Shown: positions 23,143 to 33,348, numbered from the stretch's first letter. The stretch is 64,000 bases of DNA from Desulfobacterales bacterium (GCA_040771865.1 JAXGZF010000005.1:62001-126000), one strand, 5' to 3'. Notes: generated by a model not told the origin, from the sequence alone. Numbers and translations: made by a program.

Positions 23143-25101
23143 TTAGAGCATATTCGCATTTTTTTCGGGATTGAATTTTCTGATGGATTGATGAAAAATT
23201 CGAATGTTTTCAGTTTCGTATTCAGAGGCATACCGCAGCCGGATGTATAGATCGATGATGCTGTCCACGTTTTCCTTCAGGTCTTTGCGAATGCTTCCCA
23301 CGTGATGGGCGTAATCCGACGGTCCCTGATCCGGTCTGCGGGGCAGGCCGCATCGAGCGAGCTTGTCGCAGAACCTTTCATAGGATCGTTGAACCGGATC
23401 GATCCGATGCCGAATCGCAAATCCTTTGAAGCGCATGATGGCCGTTGCCAAAAGCAGGGTGATGCCGATGGAAAGCAGCAGGATCAATACAGGGCGCGTC
23501 CAGGTTTTGGGAAGTCCTGTTTTCTCAAGAAGGCTGAATTGACGCTGCTTTGTATAGCCGATCACCCAGAGATTCCATTGATTGGCGGCTGCATCCCATG
23601 CCAGTGCCGCAGGTTTCAGAAATCTGGCGATAAACTCGGGATATTGAATTGTTCGACGCAGAGTTCGTCCCGAGATAATTCCGGCGCCGGTTTCCTGCAT
23701 GATGCGTTCCGGCGCCACCGCGGCTGTCGGATCAATGCGGTGCCATCCCTGTTCTTTTGTCCACACCTCGGTCCAGGCGTGTGCGTCGGACTGACGAACG
23801 ATCAGATAGTCTCCGAAGGGATTTTTCTGACCGCCCAGGTAACCCACAACAACTCTGGCCGGTATTCCGGCTGCTCTCATCAGAAATGCAAAGGCTGAGG
23901 CGTAATGTTCGCAGAAGCCGGCTTTGGTGTTGAACAGAAAATCGTCCAGCAGGTCGCCGGATAGACCGGGCGGTGAGAGCGTGTATACAAAGCCTTCTGT
24001 TTCGAAAAATTCCAGAGCTTTTTGGATGATTTGATCTTCCGCGTCAGCCTGCTGCGCCCATTTCCGGGCCAGGCTGGTGGATCTTGGATTTACGGAAGCG
24101 GGAAGTTGCAGGGCCTGATGTTCCCATGGATGCAGCCGACGGGCTGCATGAAACGGACCGGACACCAGGTCAAACATCTGGCGTTTATATGATAGCCGTT
24201 TCAGAAAAAGGGTTTGATCGGCAGTCATGCTTGCGGCATTCGGAATCGAAACGGGAATGTCAAGGGCAAAAAGCCAGCGATTTTCATGAGGTTCCAGGGT
24301 AAGCGTGTATCGAATCAGATTCTGATCCGATTCTGCGAAGGCGCCTACAGGAATATTGCTGCCCTGATGCCAGGTTTTCCCGTCAAAATGCCAGAGAACC
24401 AATCCTCGCCAATAAAGATTCGATGAATCCGGAACAGGACCTTCAAACTGAACGCGAAATGCAACCGCCGGGCTTCGGGCAAGGGAAGTGATATCGCCTG
24501 GAGAAATATGATCCGAAAAACCGCTGGTTCCGACGGCTGACCGGGAGATTCCCCAAATATTGCCCTGAAATCTGGGAAAAAGAAAAAAAAGAACGATCGC
24601 AACCGGAAGCGCCTGTAAAATAATCCTGGCGGCAAGCCTTGCATCGCTTGATAGATGGGTGTTTTTACAATTCAGATGAATCATGACGGCCGTGGTCCAT
24701 GCCACGGATGCAGCCATATAAAGCGCTGATGCCAGAGACTCGGTATTCAGAACCTGGGCCAGCACAAGGAAATAGGATAGAAAGAGCGCCACCATGCGGT
24801 GTCTGAAACTTTCGAGCTCCAGGGATTTCAGGCCTGCCATCAGGACCAGCATGCCCAGAAACGCTTCGCTGTCCAGCGCCGAGCTGTAGGTGATGAATAT
24901 TCCGGCCATGCCTGTGGACATGGCGATGGCGCGAAAAATCTTTCCGGGCCATTTCAGTTTGTTGCGGTCCAGATAATAAACGTATCCCCAGCACGCCAAA
25001 CAGAAGACCGTAATCCATGGCGGCAGTGTAAAGGCATGAGGCGCCAGCGCGATTGCCAGCGCCGCCAATACCAGCGGGACCTGTCCTGTTTCATGGCGCA
25101 T
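23143..25101 (-). CDS. TgpA-like membrane transglutaminase (DUF3488 + transglutaminase + DUF4129)
   Basis: N-terminal TM helices; GFCEHYA, DAHAWTE, RIDPT catalytic C/H/D triad. Confidence 0.9.
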   Translation of the reverse strand: MRHETGQVPLVLAALAIALAPHAFTLPPWITVFCLACWGYVYYLDRNKLKWPGKIFRAIAMSTGMAGIFITYSSALDSEAFLGMLVLMAGLKSLELESFRHRMVALFLSYFLVLAQVLNTESLASALYMAASVAWTTAVMIHLNCKNTHLSSDARLAARIILQALPVAIVLFFLFPRFQGNIWGISRSAVGTSGFSDHISPGDITSLARSPAVAFRVQFEGPVPDSSNLYWRGLVLWHFDGKTWHQGSNIPVGAFAESDQNLIRYTLTLEPHENRWLFALDIPVSIPNAASMTADQTLFLKRLSYKRQMFDLVSGPFHAARRLHPWEHQALQLPASVNPRSTSLARKWAQQADAEDQIIQKALEFFETEGFVYTLSPPGLSGDLLDDFLFNTKAGFCEHYASAFAFLMRAAGIPARVVVGYLGGQKNPFGDYLIVRQSDAHAWTEVWTKEQGWHRIDPTAAVAPERIMQETGAGIISGRTLRRTIQYPEFIARFLKPAALAWDAAANQWNLWVIGYTKQRQFSLLEKTGLPKTWTRPVLILLLSIGITLLLATAIMRFKGFAIRHRIDPVQRSYERFCDKLARCGLPRRPDQGPSDYAHHVGSIRKDLKENVDSIIDLYIRLRYASEYETENIRIFHQSIRKFNPEKNANML

Positions 25102-26020
25102 CGAAATCTACCGCAATGCCGTAGGCGGCCAGCTGCTTCAGGCATAAATGAAGGTGGGCTTTGCCGATCGCCGGGGCAATGCTTTTTCCGGGAAGTTTCA
25201 GGCCGTACTTGAGGCCCGTGCGATGCGCCTTCATGATTGTGCCGCAGAGTTTGGACAGTTTTAGTTCCGTGTCGGCTTCTTTGAGTTGATCCCAGTCCGC
25301 GACAATCGATGTTCCAGCAGCAGCGACAAAGGTTTTGATAAAAAGACCCTGGCCGCCGGAATACGCTTTCCAGGAAATATGTCGCGGTGAATCTCCGGGT
25401 TGATAGGTTCTCAGCTCATGAAAATCATCGGCGCCCGGAACCGGTTTCATTTTATGATGCGAGGCGCCCGTACCGCCGGATTCGAAAGGAAACGGAAAGC
25501 CGTAAGCCGGGCGAGGGTAGATCACGCAGGGCGCATCAATCGGTATCCTTTTTCTTGCCCAAAACAACCCTAGCGGATACCGCGTCTGAATCGTCAGCAT
25601 TCTGAACCGCAATATGCCGCGTACGGTCCTTTTGATTTCTATATGGATGTGCGAATCATTTTCTGGAAGGTTTTCGACAACATATGCCTCCCTGGACAGT
25701 TCGAATTTGACCGCGTATTTCAAGCTGCCCGGATTATGGACGTGTAGAACAAATTTGGCGTTTTCGCCGGCAAAAACGCCTTGAGCGCTGATGGATCTGA
25801 TCTGGATTCCAGATAGATTTCGATGCGTATAACCGACAGAGACAAGGACGATGGCGCCGAGCAGAAAGGTGAACACAAAAGCCATGTTGCTGTTGTAATT
25901 GCCCGCGCCTGCTGTCATGGCCATGAGCGTTATGATCGAAATGATTCCATACCCGCTGGGTGACAGAGAAGCGGAATGGTTCCCTGCGGTTTTACTCGAA
26001 TTCGAGTGCAGAAAGCGCAC
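25091..26020 (-). CDS. DUF58 protein
   Basis: TRYPLGLF, DFHELRTYQPGD..RHISWKA; lies between moxR and tgpA. Confidence 0.88.
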   Translation of the reverse strand: MRFLHSNSSKTAGNHSASLSPSGYGIISIITLMAMTAGAGNYNSNMAFVFTFLLGAIVLVSVGYTHRNLSGIQIRSISAQGVFAGENAKFVLHVHNPGSLKYAVKFELSREAYVVENLPENDSHIHIEIKRTVRGILRFRMLTIQTRYPLGLFWARKRIPIDAPCVIYPRPAYGFPFPFESGGTGASHHKMKPVPGADDFHELRTYQPGDSPRHISWKAYSGGQGLFIKTFVAAAGTSIVADWDQLKEADTELKLSKLCGTIMKAHRTGLKYGLKLPGKSIAPAIGKAHLHLCLKQLAAYGIAVDFDAP

Positions 26021-26049
26021 GAATCTTGATTCCGGGCGAAAAAATATTT

Positions 26050-26964
26050 TCAGACGACAGGTACCTTTCTGAGCAAAGCGTTCAACTGCGGCCGGGGCAG
26101 TTCGCCAAAATCTTCCCGACTGTGCAGCCGGTGGCCCGCCACCCAGAGCATTACTTTCTGAATATCTTCCGGAAGCCCGTAATGCCTTCCTTCCAGAAAG
26201 GCCCAGGCACGGGCGGCTTTAAGCATCGCGATTCCGGCTCTGGGTGACAGGCCTACTGCAAAATCAGGCGAGTTTCGTGTGAAATCGATAATGTTCTGAG
26301 TATATTCCAGCAGGGCCTCGGAAACATGTACTTTTCGTATCTGTTTTTGAACTGCAACCGCATCCGCGGCGGTCAGGCACGGTTCCATATGCGCAAGCGA
26401 ATCAATGACATCGACCTGCTGAAGCAGCTTTTTTTCAGCGGCCCGGTCTGGATAGCCAAGCTCAATGCGCATGAGAAACCGATCCAGTTGGGACTCCGGA
26501 AGGGGGAAGGTCCCGGACTGCTCCAGAGGATTCTGAGTGGCAATCACAAAAAAAGGATTATCCAGAAAGCGTGTATTTCCTTCCGTCGTGACCTGGTTTT
26601 CCTCCATGGCTTCCAAAAGGGCGCTCTGCGTTTTTGGGGTGGCCCGGTTGATTTCATCCACCAGAAGCACCTGGGTGAATATGGGGCCTGGATGGAAAAC
26701 GAAGGTTCCGGTTTTTTTTTCGAAAACGCTGACGCCGAGAATGTCGCCGGGAAGCATGTCGCTGGTGCATTGGATTCGGCGGAACTGGAGCCCCAGACAT
26801 CGGGACAGAACTTTTGCCAGTGTGGTTTTGCCGATTCCCGGAATGTCTTCAATCAACAGGTGGCCTTCGGCAAAAAAGCAGGTCAGGGCAAGGCGGATTT
26901 GTTCTTCTTTTCCAAGCACCACCCGGGAAATTCTGCTAACAAGATCGTCAAAAGATATCTGCAT
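26050..26964 (-). CDS. MoxR-family AAA+ ATPase
   Basis: EDIPGIGKT, DEINRATPKTQSALLEAM, ATQNP, LPESQLDRF. Confidence 0.93.
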   Translation of the reverse strand: MQISFDDLVSRISRVVLGKEEQIRLALTCFFAEGHLLIEDIPGIGKTTLAKVLSRCLGLQFRRIQCTSDMLPGDILGVSVFEKKTGTFVFHPGPIFTQVLLVDEINRATPKTQSALLEAMEENQVTTEGNTRFLDNPFFVIATQNPLEQSGTFPLPESQLDRFLMRIELGYPDRAAEKKLLQQVDVIDSLAHMEPCLTAADAVAVQKQIRKVHVSEALLEYTQNIIDFTRNSPDFAVGLSPRAGIAMLKAARAWAFLEGRHYGLPEDIQKVMLWVAGHRLHSREDFGELPRPQLNALLRKVPVV

Positions 26965-27295
26965 GGTTGCAATTTAAAATATCAAAGGATTGTATAATTC
27001 GGAACCGGTAATTTTCCTGGGCTTGTTGGCGAAGCGCTTTCCCTATTTAAACACCATGATTTCGATCCCTGTCTTTTCAGCCTGTAAATATTACAACAAT
27101 AATACCGTGGGTATGGGGTGTCAAACTTTCGCTCCCCATCGCTGAGAGCTTTCTCTGGGAACATTGAAAGGACAACAGGTCGCGATTTGTCTGCTTCCCG
27201 GCGCGAAAGCAGGTCAGTTCGTGTGTTGCTGTGAATTCGCCTGAAATTTTTAAACAGATTCCGCTTTCGGTTAAAATAATCCATCTTAATAAATG

Positions 27296-27331
27296 AATAT
27301 CATTATAATTGATATAATGATATTTATTATT
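27296..27331. promoter_or_regulatory. AT-rich inverted repeat / Fur-box-like operator
   Basis: AATATCATTATA-N5-TATAATGATATT perfect 12-bp inverted repeat; TATAATGATATTTATTATT matches 15/19 of the classical Fur box. Confidence 0.4.
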
Positions 27332-27398
27332 TGACTTTCATGTAAATTTAGTGTTTCTTATTAAAATCAAAGCAAAAAATCAAAGGAGGAGGTCTGCT

Positions 27399-27827
27399 GT
27401 GAAAGAAACCCTGCAACCCGGACTGACATTCGAATTCAAATTTAAGGTTCCCGAAAACAAGACCGTTCCCCATCTGTTTCCTGAAGCCGCAGAATTTCAA
27501 CTCATGCCCAAGGTTCTGGCAACGGGTTTCATGGTGGGTCTATTTGAATGGACGTGCATTCAGGCGATCAATCCCCATATTGACTGGCCCGCAGAACAGA
27601 CCGTGGGAATCGGTGTTCAGCTTACCCATCTGGCCGCTACGCCGCCGGGATTGGTGGTGGCGGTTTCCGCAAGACTCGAAGCGGTTTCGGGCCGCAAACT
27701 GACTTTTTCCATCGAGGCTCATGACGGGATCGAAAAGATCTCGGAGTGCAAGCATGAGCGTTTTGTGATTGATGCAGAAGGATTTAATGCCAGACTCCAA
27801 AAAAAGATAGCGAAGTCCGGGATGTAA
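27399..27827 (+). CDS. FlK-like (fluoroacetyl-CoA-type) hotdog thioesterase
   Basis: VLATGFMVGLFE, TVG..V..THLAATPPG, HERFVI; GGAGG RBS before GTG 27399. Confidence 0.85.
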   Translation: MKETLQPGLTFEFKFKVPENKTVPHLFPEAAEFQLMPKVLATGFMVGLFEWTCIQAINPHIDWPAEQTVGIGVQLTHLAATPPGLVVAVSARLEAVSGRKLTFSIEAHDGIEKISECKHERFVIDAEGFNARLQKKIAKSGM

Positions 27828-28028
27828 TCGAATGACGTCGCCGATTGAATTTTTTTAATCCGGTTGTATCATCATAGTTGTCGCATGCGAGTTCTGATGA
27901 CCGGGGTCGAATCAGGGGTGTTTCAAAATTCGCCGATTGTAGAAAGCAATGTATTATTTGTTCATTGAAGACCGTCATGAGACTGATTTGTTCGAATGAA
28001 TCGTTGAGCAGCAGGAAAGGGGTGCGAT

Positions 28029-28466
28029 ATGGCCGATGGTTATGCCTGCCCGATGCTTCCCTCGGAGACGATTTCGGAATACAGGGAAATTTTTCAAACA
28101 GTCGAAGATGGAATTGAATATGTGCTGGAAATGTTTCCGATGCTTTTCAGAAGTGCGCTGTCTGAAATTCGGGGAAAATTTTCCAAAAAGGAAGTGATGG
28201 TGATTATCCGCGTGATGAGCGGATTGATTCTTTCTCCCCAGTTGGCTGGCCAGTATATCATCGGCAATGTGCTTGACCGAATTGCCCGGGAGGATTTGGT
28301 TGCGTCGGATGGGATCGAAAAAAGCGGGTTTTTGGAGAAATTGCGAACGCTTAATATCTTTCAGAGAGCATGCCTGGAGATATGGGCCAACAGCTACTGG
28401 TATCACGGCGGAAAACCCTACGAGGACAGCGACGCCTTGAATAGATATATGGAGACGCTGATATAG
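28029..28466 (+). CDS. Hypothetical protein, 145 aa
   Basis: Clean ORF with a purine-rich RBS (AAAGGGGTG); no motif recognised. Confidence 0.7.
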   Translation: MADGYACPMLPSETISEYREIFQTVEDGIEYVLEMFPMLFRSALSEIRGKFSKKEVMVIIRVMSGLILSPQLAGQYIIGNVLDRIAREDLVASDGIEKSGFLEKLRTLNIFQRACLEIWANSYWYHGGKPYEDSDALNRYMETLI

Positions 28467-28611
28467 GGAGCGTCACGTACATCCTATATTCTCTGTGTCA
28501 TGAAATTTTTATAAAACAAAAAAGAATTTAAATTCAATAAGATATAAATTGACGCAATTTTTGAGTGCACCTGTTTTGTTGTTTTCTGGCGACGATTCGA
28601 CTCGTCTCTCT

Positions 28612-28650
28612 AAAAAAAATCCCACGCCGGATCGTAAGTTTATCCGGCAT
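28612..28650 (-). terminator. Intrinsic terminator, minus strand
   Basis: AUGCCGGAU/AUCCGGCGU stem, then GGGA and U8. Confidence 0.65.
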
Positions 28651-28845
28651 ACTCCCTGGTTGGTAGCGGAATCGCCCATCATCCCTTATCCTGGCTGCAA
28701 GGTTCAACAGGAGGCCCGGATGTTGTCCGCCGAGGTCTCTGATGCCTCAAGGTACATCCTCGGGCTCTTTTATCGAAACTGCAATTGCTCTACTGAACCC
28801 CGGTGCCCTGACTGCATGACTTCTGTCGCTCCGTTGCGGACTCTA
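28612..28845 (-). ncRNA. Candidate structured orphan ncRNA, family unassigned
   Basis: Nested helices with G-U pairs that form only on the minus strand; ends in a stem plus U8; no long minus-strand ORF. Confidence 0.5.
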
Positions 28846-29057
28846 TCACACTAAATAACAGCAAAATCGATCGTCTGTTCCATCCGAGTCAGTTGAACCA
28901 TGCGCTGGCAAAATCAAAAAAGGTTCATAAATCATAGCCGGCCGTTTCGCCGAGAAGTGCCGTTTGTTCAGGAATCTGCTTGAAGAAATTTGCCAGCCGT
29001 GTCATAAAAATTCCTTATTATTTTTTATCGTTCCGGGAGATTTCAGGGGAGGAAGGG

Positions 29058-29606
29058 GTGAACCAGACGGCCTTGGTTGTGGGCGGGTGCAGAAGCGGAA
29101 AAAGCAGATACGCCCTTGAGCTGGCGGAGCGCAGGTTCGGAGCAAGGAAGATCTTCATGGCGACCTGTGTTCCTGCGGACGGCGAGATGCGCTGCCGGGT
29201 AGAGCGGCATCAGGCAGAGCGGGGGCCTTCCTGGACCACGGTGGAATCTCCGTTTCGGCTATCCGAGGATCTGCTTTATCACAGTGAAAGGGCCGACGGG
29301 ATTATCGTGGATTGTCTGACGCTCTGGGTGAGCAATCTGATGATGGAAGGCCTGGAACTGGACGACGTTGCCCGCCGTGTTCAGACATTGACCGATGCGC
29401 TTGAGCGGGCAAGATGTCCGGTGGTGCTGGTGTCCAATGAGGTGGGAACCGGTATTGTTCCGGAAAACGCCTTGGCCAGATGCTTTCGGGATGCAGCGGG
29501 ATTTGCCAACCAGCAGGTGGCCCGGTGCGCGGACACCGTGGTGTGGATGGTGGCGGGAATTCCGGTGACGGTTAAACAACCTTCGGGCTTGGGAACAAAT
29601 CCATGA
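29058..29606 (+). CDS. cobU: Adenosylcobinamide kinase / adenosylcobinamide-phosphate guanylyltransferase
   Basis: GGCRSGKS, RHQAER, VDCLTLW, SNEVG.G; GTG start 29058. Confidence 0.93.
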   Translation: MNQTALVVGGCRSGKSRYALELAERRFGARKIFMATCVPADGEMRCRVERHQAERGPSWTTVESPFRLSEDLLYHSERADGIIVDCLTLWVSNLMMEGLELDDVARRVQTLTDALERARCPVVLVSNEVGTGIVPENALARCFRDAAGFANQQVARCADTVVWMVAGIPVTVKQPSGLGTNP

Positions 29607-30331
29607 GGGGGTTGATCTCGGCCATTCGGTTCATCACCGTGCTGCCGGCCGGAGAATCCGGAACCTTTGAGCCTCGAAATATGATTCCTTTTTTCCCGGT
29701 GGTGGGGCTGCTGCTCGGCGGCCTGACGGCCGGATTTGATTTCGTGGTTTCTCGTTTCTGGTCGGGTCCGACGGTCGCGCTGCTGGATGTTCTTTTTCTG
29801 GCGGCCTTGACCGGCGCTCTGCATATAGACGGCCTGGGAGATACGGCCGATGGCCTTTACGGCCGACGCTCCCGTGAAAAGGCCCTGGCCATCATGAAGG
29901 ACAGCCGGATCGGCATCATGGCCCTGATGGCGGTGGTTTCGGCCCTTGCCGTGAAATGGGCGGGAATTTTCGGGCTGGACGATCACCGCCTGCTGTTGAT
30001 TATCATCATTCCGGCCTATGCCCGGGGCAGCATGATCATGGGGATTTTCAGCCTTCCCTATGGAAGGCCCGAGGGGGGGACCGGTCGGCACTTTTTTGAT
30101 GAAAAGCTGGGATTTTCGGACTTTAAATGGATGGGGATTCCTCTATGTCTATCGCTCCTGCTGGGGTGGAAGTTTTTCTGGCTCAACGCGGTTTATGGTA
30201 TTCTGGTGTTTGCGTTGCTCCTGTTCTATAAGAAGCGCATGGGCTGCGTCACCGGCGACATGCTGGGCGCCATGACCGAAATCATTGAAGCTGGGCTTTT
30301 TCTGATGGTTTCCATGGAGTTTGCGGCATGA
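29603..30331 (+). CDS. cobS: Cobamide synthase
   Basis: GALHIDGLGDTADG, MKDSRIG, TGDMLGA; polytopic. Confidence 0.93.
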   Translation: MRGLISAIRFITVLPAGESGTFEPRNMIPFFPVVGLLLGGLTAGFDFVVSRFWSGPTVALLDVLFLAALTGALHIDGLGDTADGLYGRRSREKALAIMKDSRIGIMALMAVVSALAVKWAGIFGLDDHRLLLIIIIPAYARGSMIMGIFSLPYGRPEGGTGRHFFDEKLGFSDFKWMGIPLCLSLLLGWKFFWLNAVYGILVFALLLFYKKRMGCVTGDMLGAMTEIIEAGLFLMVSMEFAA

Positions 30332-31410
30332 TTCAGGGCCATGGCGGAAATATTTTTGAGGTGGCTGAACGGCTGGGATGTGCGCCATCTGAGATTATTG
30401 ACATGAGCAGCAATGTCAATCCTCTGGGACCGATGCCCGAACTGGTGGAACATCTTCAAAATATTCTTTCCGAGATCATGTCGGTATTGCCCCGGGTGGA
30501 TGCCGCAGACATCGTCGAGCTCTTTGCACGCCGTTACAATCTGGATCCCCGCTGTGCTCTGGCGGCAAACGGGAGCACTCAGCTGATATACGACATACCC
30601 CGGGCTTTTGAAACGAAAAAGGCAATCATTCTGGGCCCTACCTATGCGGATTACGCCGATGCCTGCCGAATGCAGGGCGTCTTGTTCGACGAATTTCTTG
30701 CTGAAGAAGACGATGGGTTTGTCCCGGATTTGAACCGGTTCGGAGACAGACTTTCCGATGCGGATTCGGCATTTGTCTGCAACCCCAACAATCCGACCGG
30801 CGTGTTGATTCCGGCACGTCAGTTGCGGGATCTGTGCGGCTCTCATCCCCGTGTGTGTTTTGTCGTGGATGAGTCCTATCTGCCCTTTGCGCCGGAAGGA
30901 GAGCGGCAATCCATGGCAGGTTGCGGGCTTGGCAATGTCGTTATTTTGAATTCCATGTCCAAGATATACAGGTTGCCGGGGCTGAGAATCGGTTTTCTGA
31001 TCGGACAGCCGGAAATGATTCAAAAAGCGGTCCGTTATCGTCAGCCATGGTGTGTGAACGGCCTGGCTCAGGCGGCCGTGTCGTATCTGATGGCGCATCC
31101 GCAGAATACGGATGCCTTTGTTGCCAAGACCCGCGTCCTTCTGGCAGAGGAAAGAATAAACTTTGTGCAGGCTTTGAATGAAGTTCCGGATATTCAATTT
31201 TATGATAGCAGCACCTCGTTTCTGCTGGCCAAATTGTCCGGAAGGTTTACCGCCGAAAAGGTATGGGATTTTCTCTGCCGGCAACGGATTCTCATACGGG
31301 ACTGCACGAATTTCAACGGCCTGACAAACCGTTTTGTCAGGTTTTCATTGAAGACACATGATATAAATACTATAGTAGCCCAAAGACTGGCGTTATGGAT
31401 GAAATCGTAA
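30328..31410 (+). CDS. cobD: L-threonine-O-3-phosphate decarboxylase
   Basis: HGGN, DMSSNVNP, CNPNNPTG, VDESY, SMSK.Y.LPGLRIG; cob context. Confidence 0.88.
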   Translation: MIQGHGGNIFEVAERLGCAPSEIIDMSSNVNPLGPMPELVEHLQNILSEIMSVLPRVDAADIVELFARRYNLDPRCALAANGSTQLIYDIPRAFETKKAIILGPTYADYADACRMQGVLFDEFLAEEDDGFVPDLNRFGDRLSDADSAFVCNPNNPTGVLIPARQLRDLCGSHPRVCFVVDESYLPFAPEGERQSMAGCGLGNVVILNSMSKIYRLPGLRIGFLIGQPEMIQKAVRYRQPWCVNGLAQAAVSYLMAHPQNTDAFVAKTRVLLAEERINFVQALNEVPDIQFYDSSTSFLLAKLSGRFTAEKVWDFLCRQRILIRDCTNFNGLTNRFVRFSLKTHDINTIVAQRLALWMKS

Positions 31411-31505
31411 CAGATTCGGCCCTAAAAGGTGGTGTTCAATATTGCGGCTCGCGATCTGTTTGTGAGGTAATTTAACCATTCGGGAGTTATGAGGTGGAGG
31501 TTGCG

Positions 31506-32468
31506 ATGGATTTCTCCAACACTTGGTATGTTATTCCGGCAGCATTTATTCTTGATCTTATCTTCGGCGATCCCCAAAATCTGCCCCATCCGGTTCGATG
31601 GATGGGAAATGCCATTACCGTCTTGGAGCCTTCTTTCCGAAGGCTTCCCTTCAGACCGGTCATTTCTGGGTCACTTTTTGCGCTATTCTTGATATTGGCC
31701 TCTTGGGCGGCCGTGGCTATTCTGGTCGTTCTGGCTGCCAAAATTCACCCTTTGGCGGCGGGCATTATTCAGCTGGCGCTGATTTTTTTCTGCCTTTCGA
31801 CCCGTTCTCTGCAACAGGCTGCCAAGAATGTGCTGACCGCCCTGCGGACGAATGACCTTTCAGCGGCCAGAAAAAATGTGGCGGAAATTGTCGGAAGAGA
31901 TGTCGCCGGTCTTAACGAGGCGGACGTGGCAAGAGCCACCGTCGAATCGGTCGGAGAAAATCTTGTGGACGGCGTGATTACGCCGCTTTTTTTTGCCTTT
32001 CTCGGCGGAGCTCCGCTGGCCGTTGCCTATAAAATGGTCAACACGCTTGATTCAATGATCGGATACCGCAACAAGGACTATATCGAATTCGGAAAGGCTG
32101 CGGCACGTATCGACGACGTTTTCAACTATATTCCGGCACGTCTTTCGGTTTTTTTCATCGCTTTGGCTGCCCAGATCACCCGTCGCAAAGGAATGCAGAC
32201 GCTTGCCATGGCTTTTGATCAGGGGAAAAATCATTTAAGCCCGAACTCCGGTTATCCGGAAGCCGCCTTTGCGAGCGTTCTGGAGGTTCGACTCGGCGGG
32301 CCTTCCACCTATGGCGGTGTTCAGGTCAGTAAGCCCTTTATCGGAGAACAGTTTGGCGAGGTTGCGACGGAAGACGTCAAAAAGGCCTCGAATCTGATGA
32401 TGATTTCAGCCGTTCTGGCACTGGTGGTTTTCTGGGTTGTCGCCGCCATTTTCAGCACAGCGGGCTGA
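31506..32468 (+). CDS. cbiB: Adenosylcobinamide-phosphate synthase
   Basis: GDP..LPHPV, NTLDSMIGY, ARIDD, SPNSGYPEA. Confidence 0.93.
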   Translation: MDFSNTWYVIPAAFILDLIFGDPQNLPHPVRWMGNAITVLEPSFRRLPFRPVISGSLFALFLILASWAAVAILVVLAAKIHPLAAGIIQLALIFFCLSTRSLQQAAKNVLTALRTNDLSAARKNVAEIVGRDVAGLNEADVARATVESVGENLVDGVITPLFFAFLGGAPLAVAYKMVNTLDSMIGYRNKDYIEFGKAAARIDDVFNYIPARLSVFFIALAAQITRRKGMQTLAMAFDQGKNHLSPNSGYPEAAFASVLEVRLGGPSTYGGVQVSKPFIGEQFGEVATEDVKKASNLMMISAVLALVVFWVVAAIFSTAG

Positions 32469-32538
32469 TCAAAGGCTCACGTCTGAATCAGGGTACAGGG
32501 GGCATTGTCATCTCAAGGAGGAAAGGGCTGATTGTTGA

Positions 32539-33348
32539 ATGCAGCCAAAGCTTTCACGCTCTTACAGAGGATTTTACCCTTTTAAACTGTCCGTTCCCTC
32601 TTTTGTTTATCCTGCAAGCTGGGCGGACAATGTCAGGGCCCTGGGGCCTTTTGTCGATGAGATCGAGCTTCTGCTGCTGGAAAGTGGACCCGAAAACCTG
32701 CCTTCAGCGACTCAGATTGATGAACTGGAAAGGCTCGCCGATACGCTTGAATTGACCTATAATGTCCATCTTCCAACGGATATTTTCCCAGGCCATTCAA
32801 ATTCCTTCATTCGCCGCAGAGCAATAGATGCGCTACGGCGTGTTCTGGATCTTGTCGGACCTCTGGGGCCTTCCACCTGCACATTGCACCTTACCCCTTC
32901 CGCTGATATTCAAACTGCGGATCAGATAGCTTCATGGCGTGATCGCCTGAATGAAGATCTGGAACAAATTCTCTCAAACGGGTTTCTTCCGGAGCAAATT
33001 TCCGTTGAAAACCTGTTTTATCCGTTTGACTGGTCGGAGCCAGTCATTACGGGACTTGGGCTTTTTGTGTGCATGGATGTCGGTCATCTCATGGTAAGCG
33101 GCATGGATGCCGGGCGTTTTTTTGAAGAATGGCGGCATCGGATTTCCATCATGCATCTGCACGGGGTGAATGGAAATCAGGATCATCTGAATCTTGACCG
33201 ACTCAATCCGGCGCAGATGGAAACCGTTCTGAAAATGCTCACCCGATACCGGGGAACCGTTTCTATCGAAGTCTTTTCTCTTGCCGGGCTGTCCTCGTCC
33301 CTGGCGGTGCTTGAAAAAAACTGGAATATACCGACAACCCGAAGCTGA
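32539..33348 (+). CDS. cbiR: Cobamide-remodelling phosphodiesterase (AP-endonuclease-2 TIM barrel)
   Basis: PSFVYP...DEIELL, YNVHLP, SVEN, MDVGH, MHLHG, DH, SIEVF metal-ligand pattern; lies at the end of the cob operon. Confidence 0.75.
   Translation: MQPKLSRSYRGFYPFKLSVPSFVYPASWADNVRALGPFVDEIELLLLESGPENLPSATQIDELERLADTLELTYNVHLPTDIFPGHSNSFIRRRAIDALRRVLDLVGPLGPSTCTLHLTPSADIQTADQIASWRDRLNEDLEQILSNGFLPEQISVENLFYPFDWSEPVITGLGLFVCMDVGHLMVSGMDAGRFFEEWRHRISIMHLHGVNGNQDHLNLDRLNPAQMETVLKMLTRYRGTVSIEVFSLAGLSSSLAVLEKNWNIPTTRS

Noticed and set aside
23143..26964. MoxR-DUF58-transglutaminase triad as a novel system
   Set aside because: A widespread, already described gene arrangement.
28612..28845. Assignment of the structured element as 6S RNA or a TPP/B12 riboswitch
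   Set aside because: GGTTCA precedes TGAACC on both strands, the opposite of the 6S order; no CTGAGA (TPP) or B12-box motif; no downstream gene on that strand.
28549..28854. 101-aa plus-strand ORF
   Set aside because: TTG start with no RBS; overlaps the structured minus-strand element, so probably a shadow.
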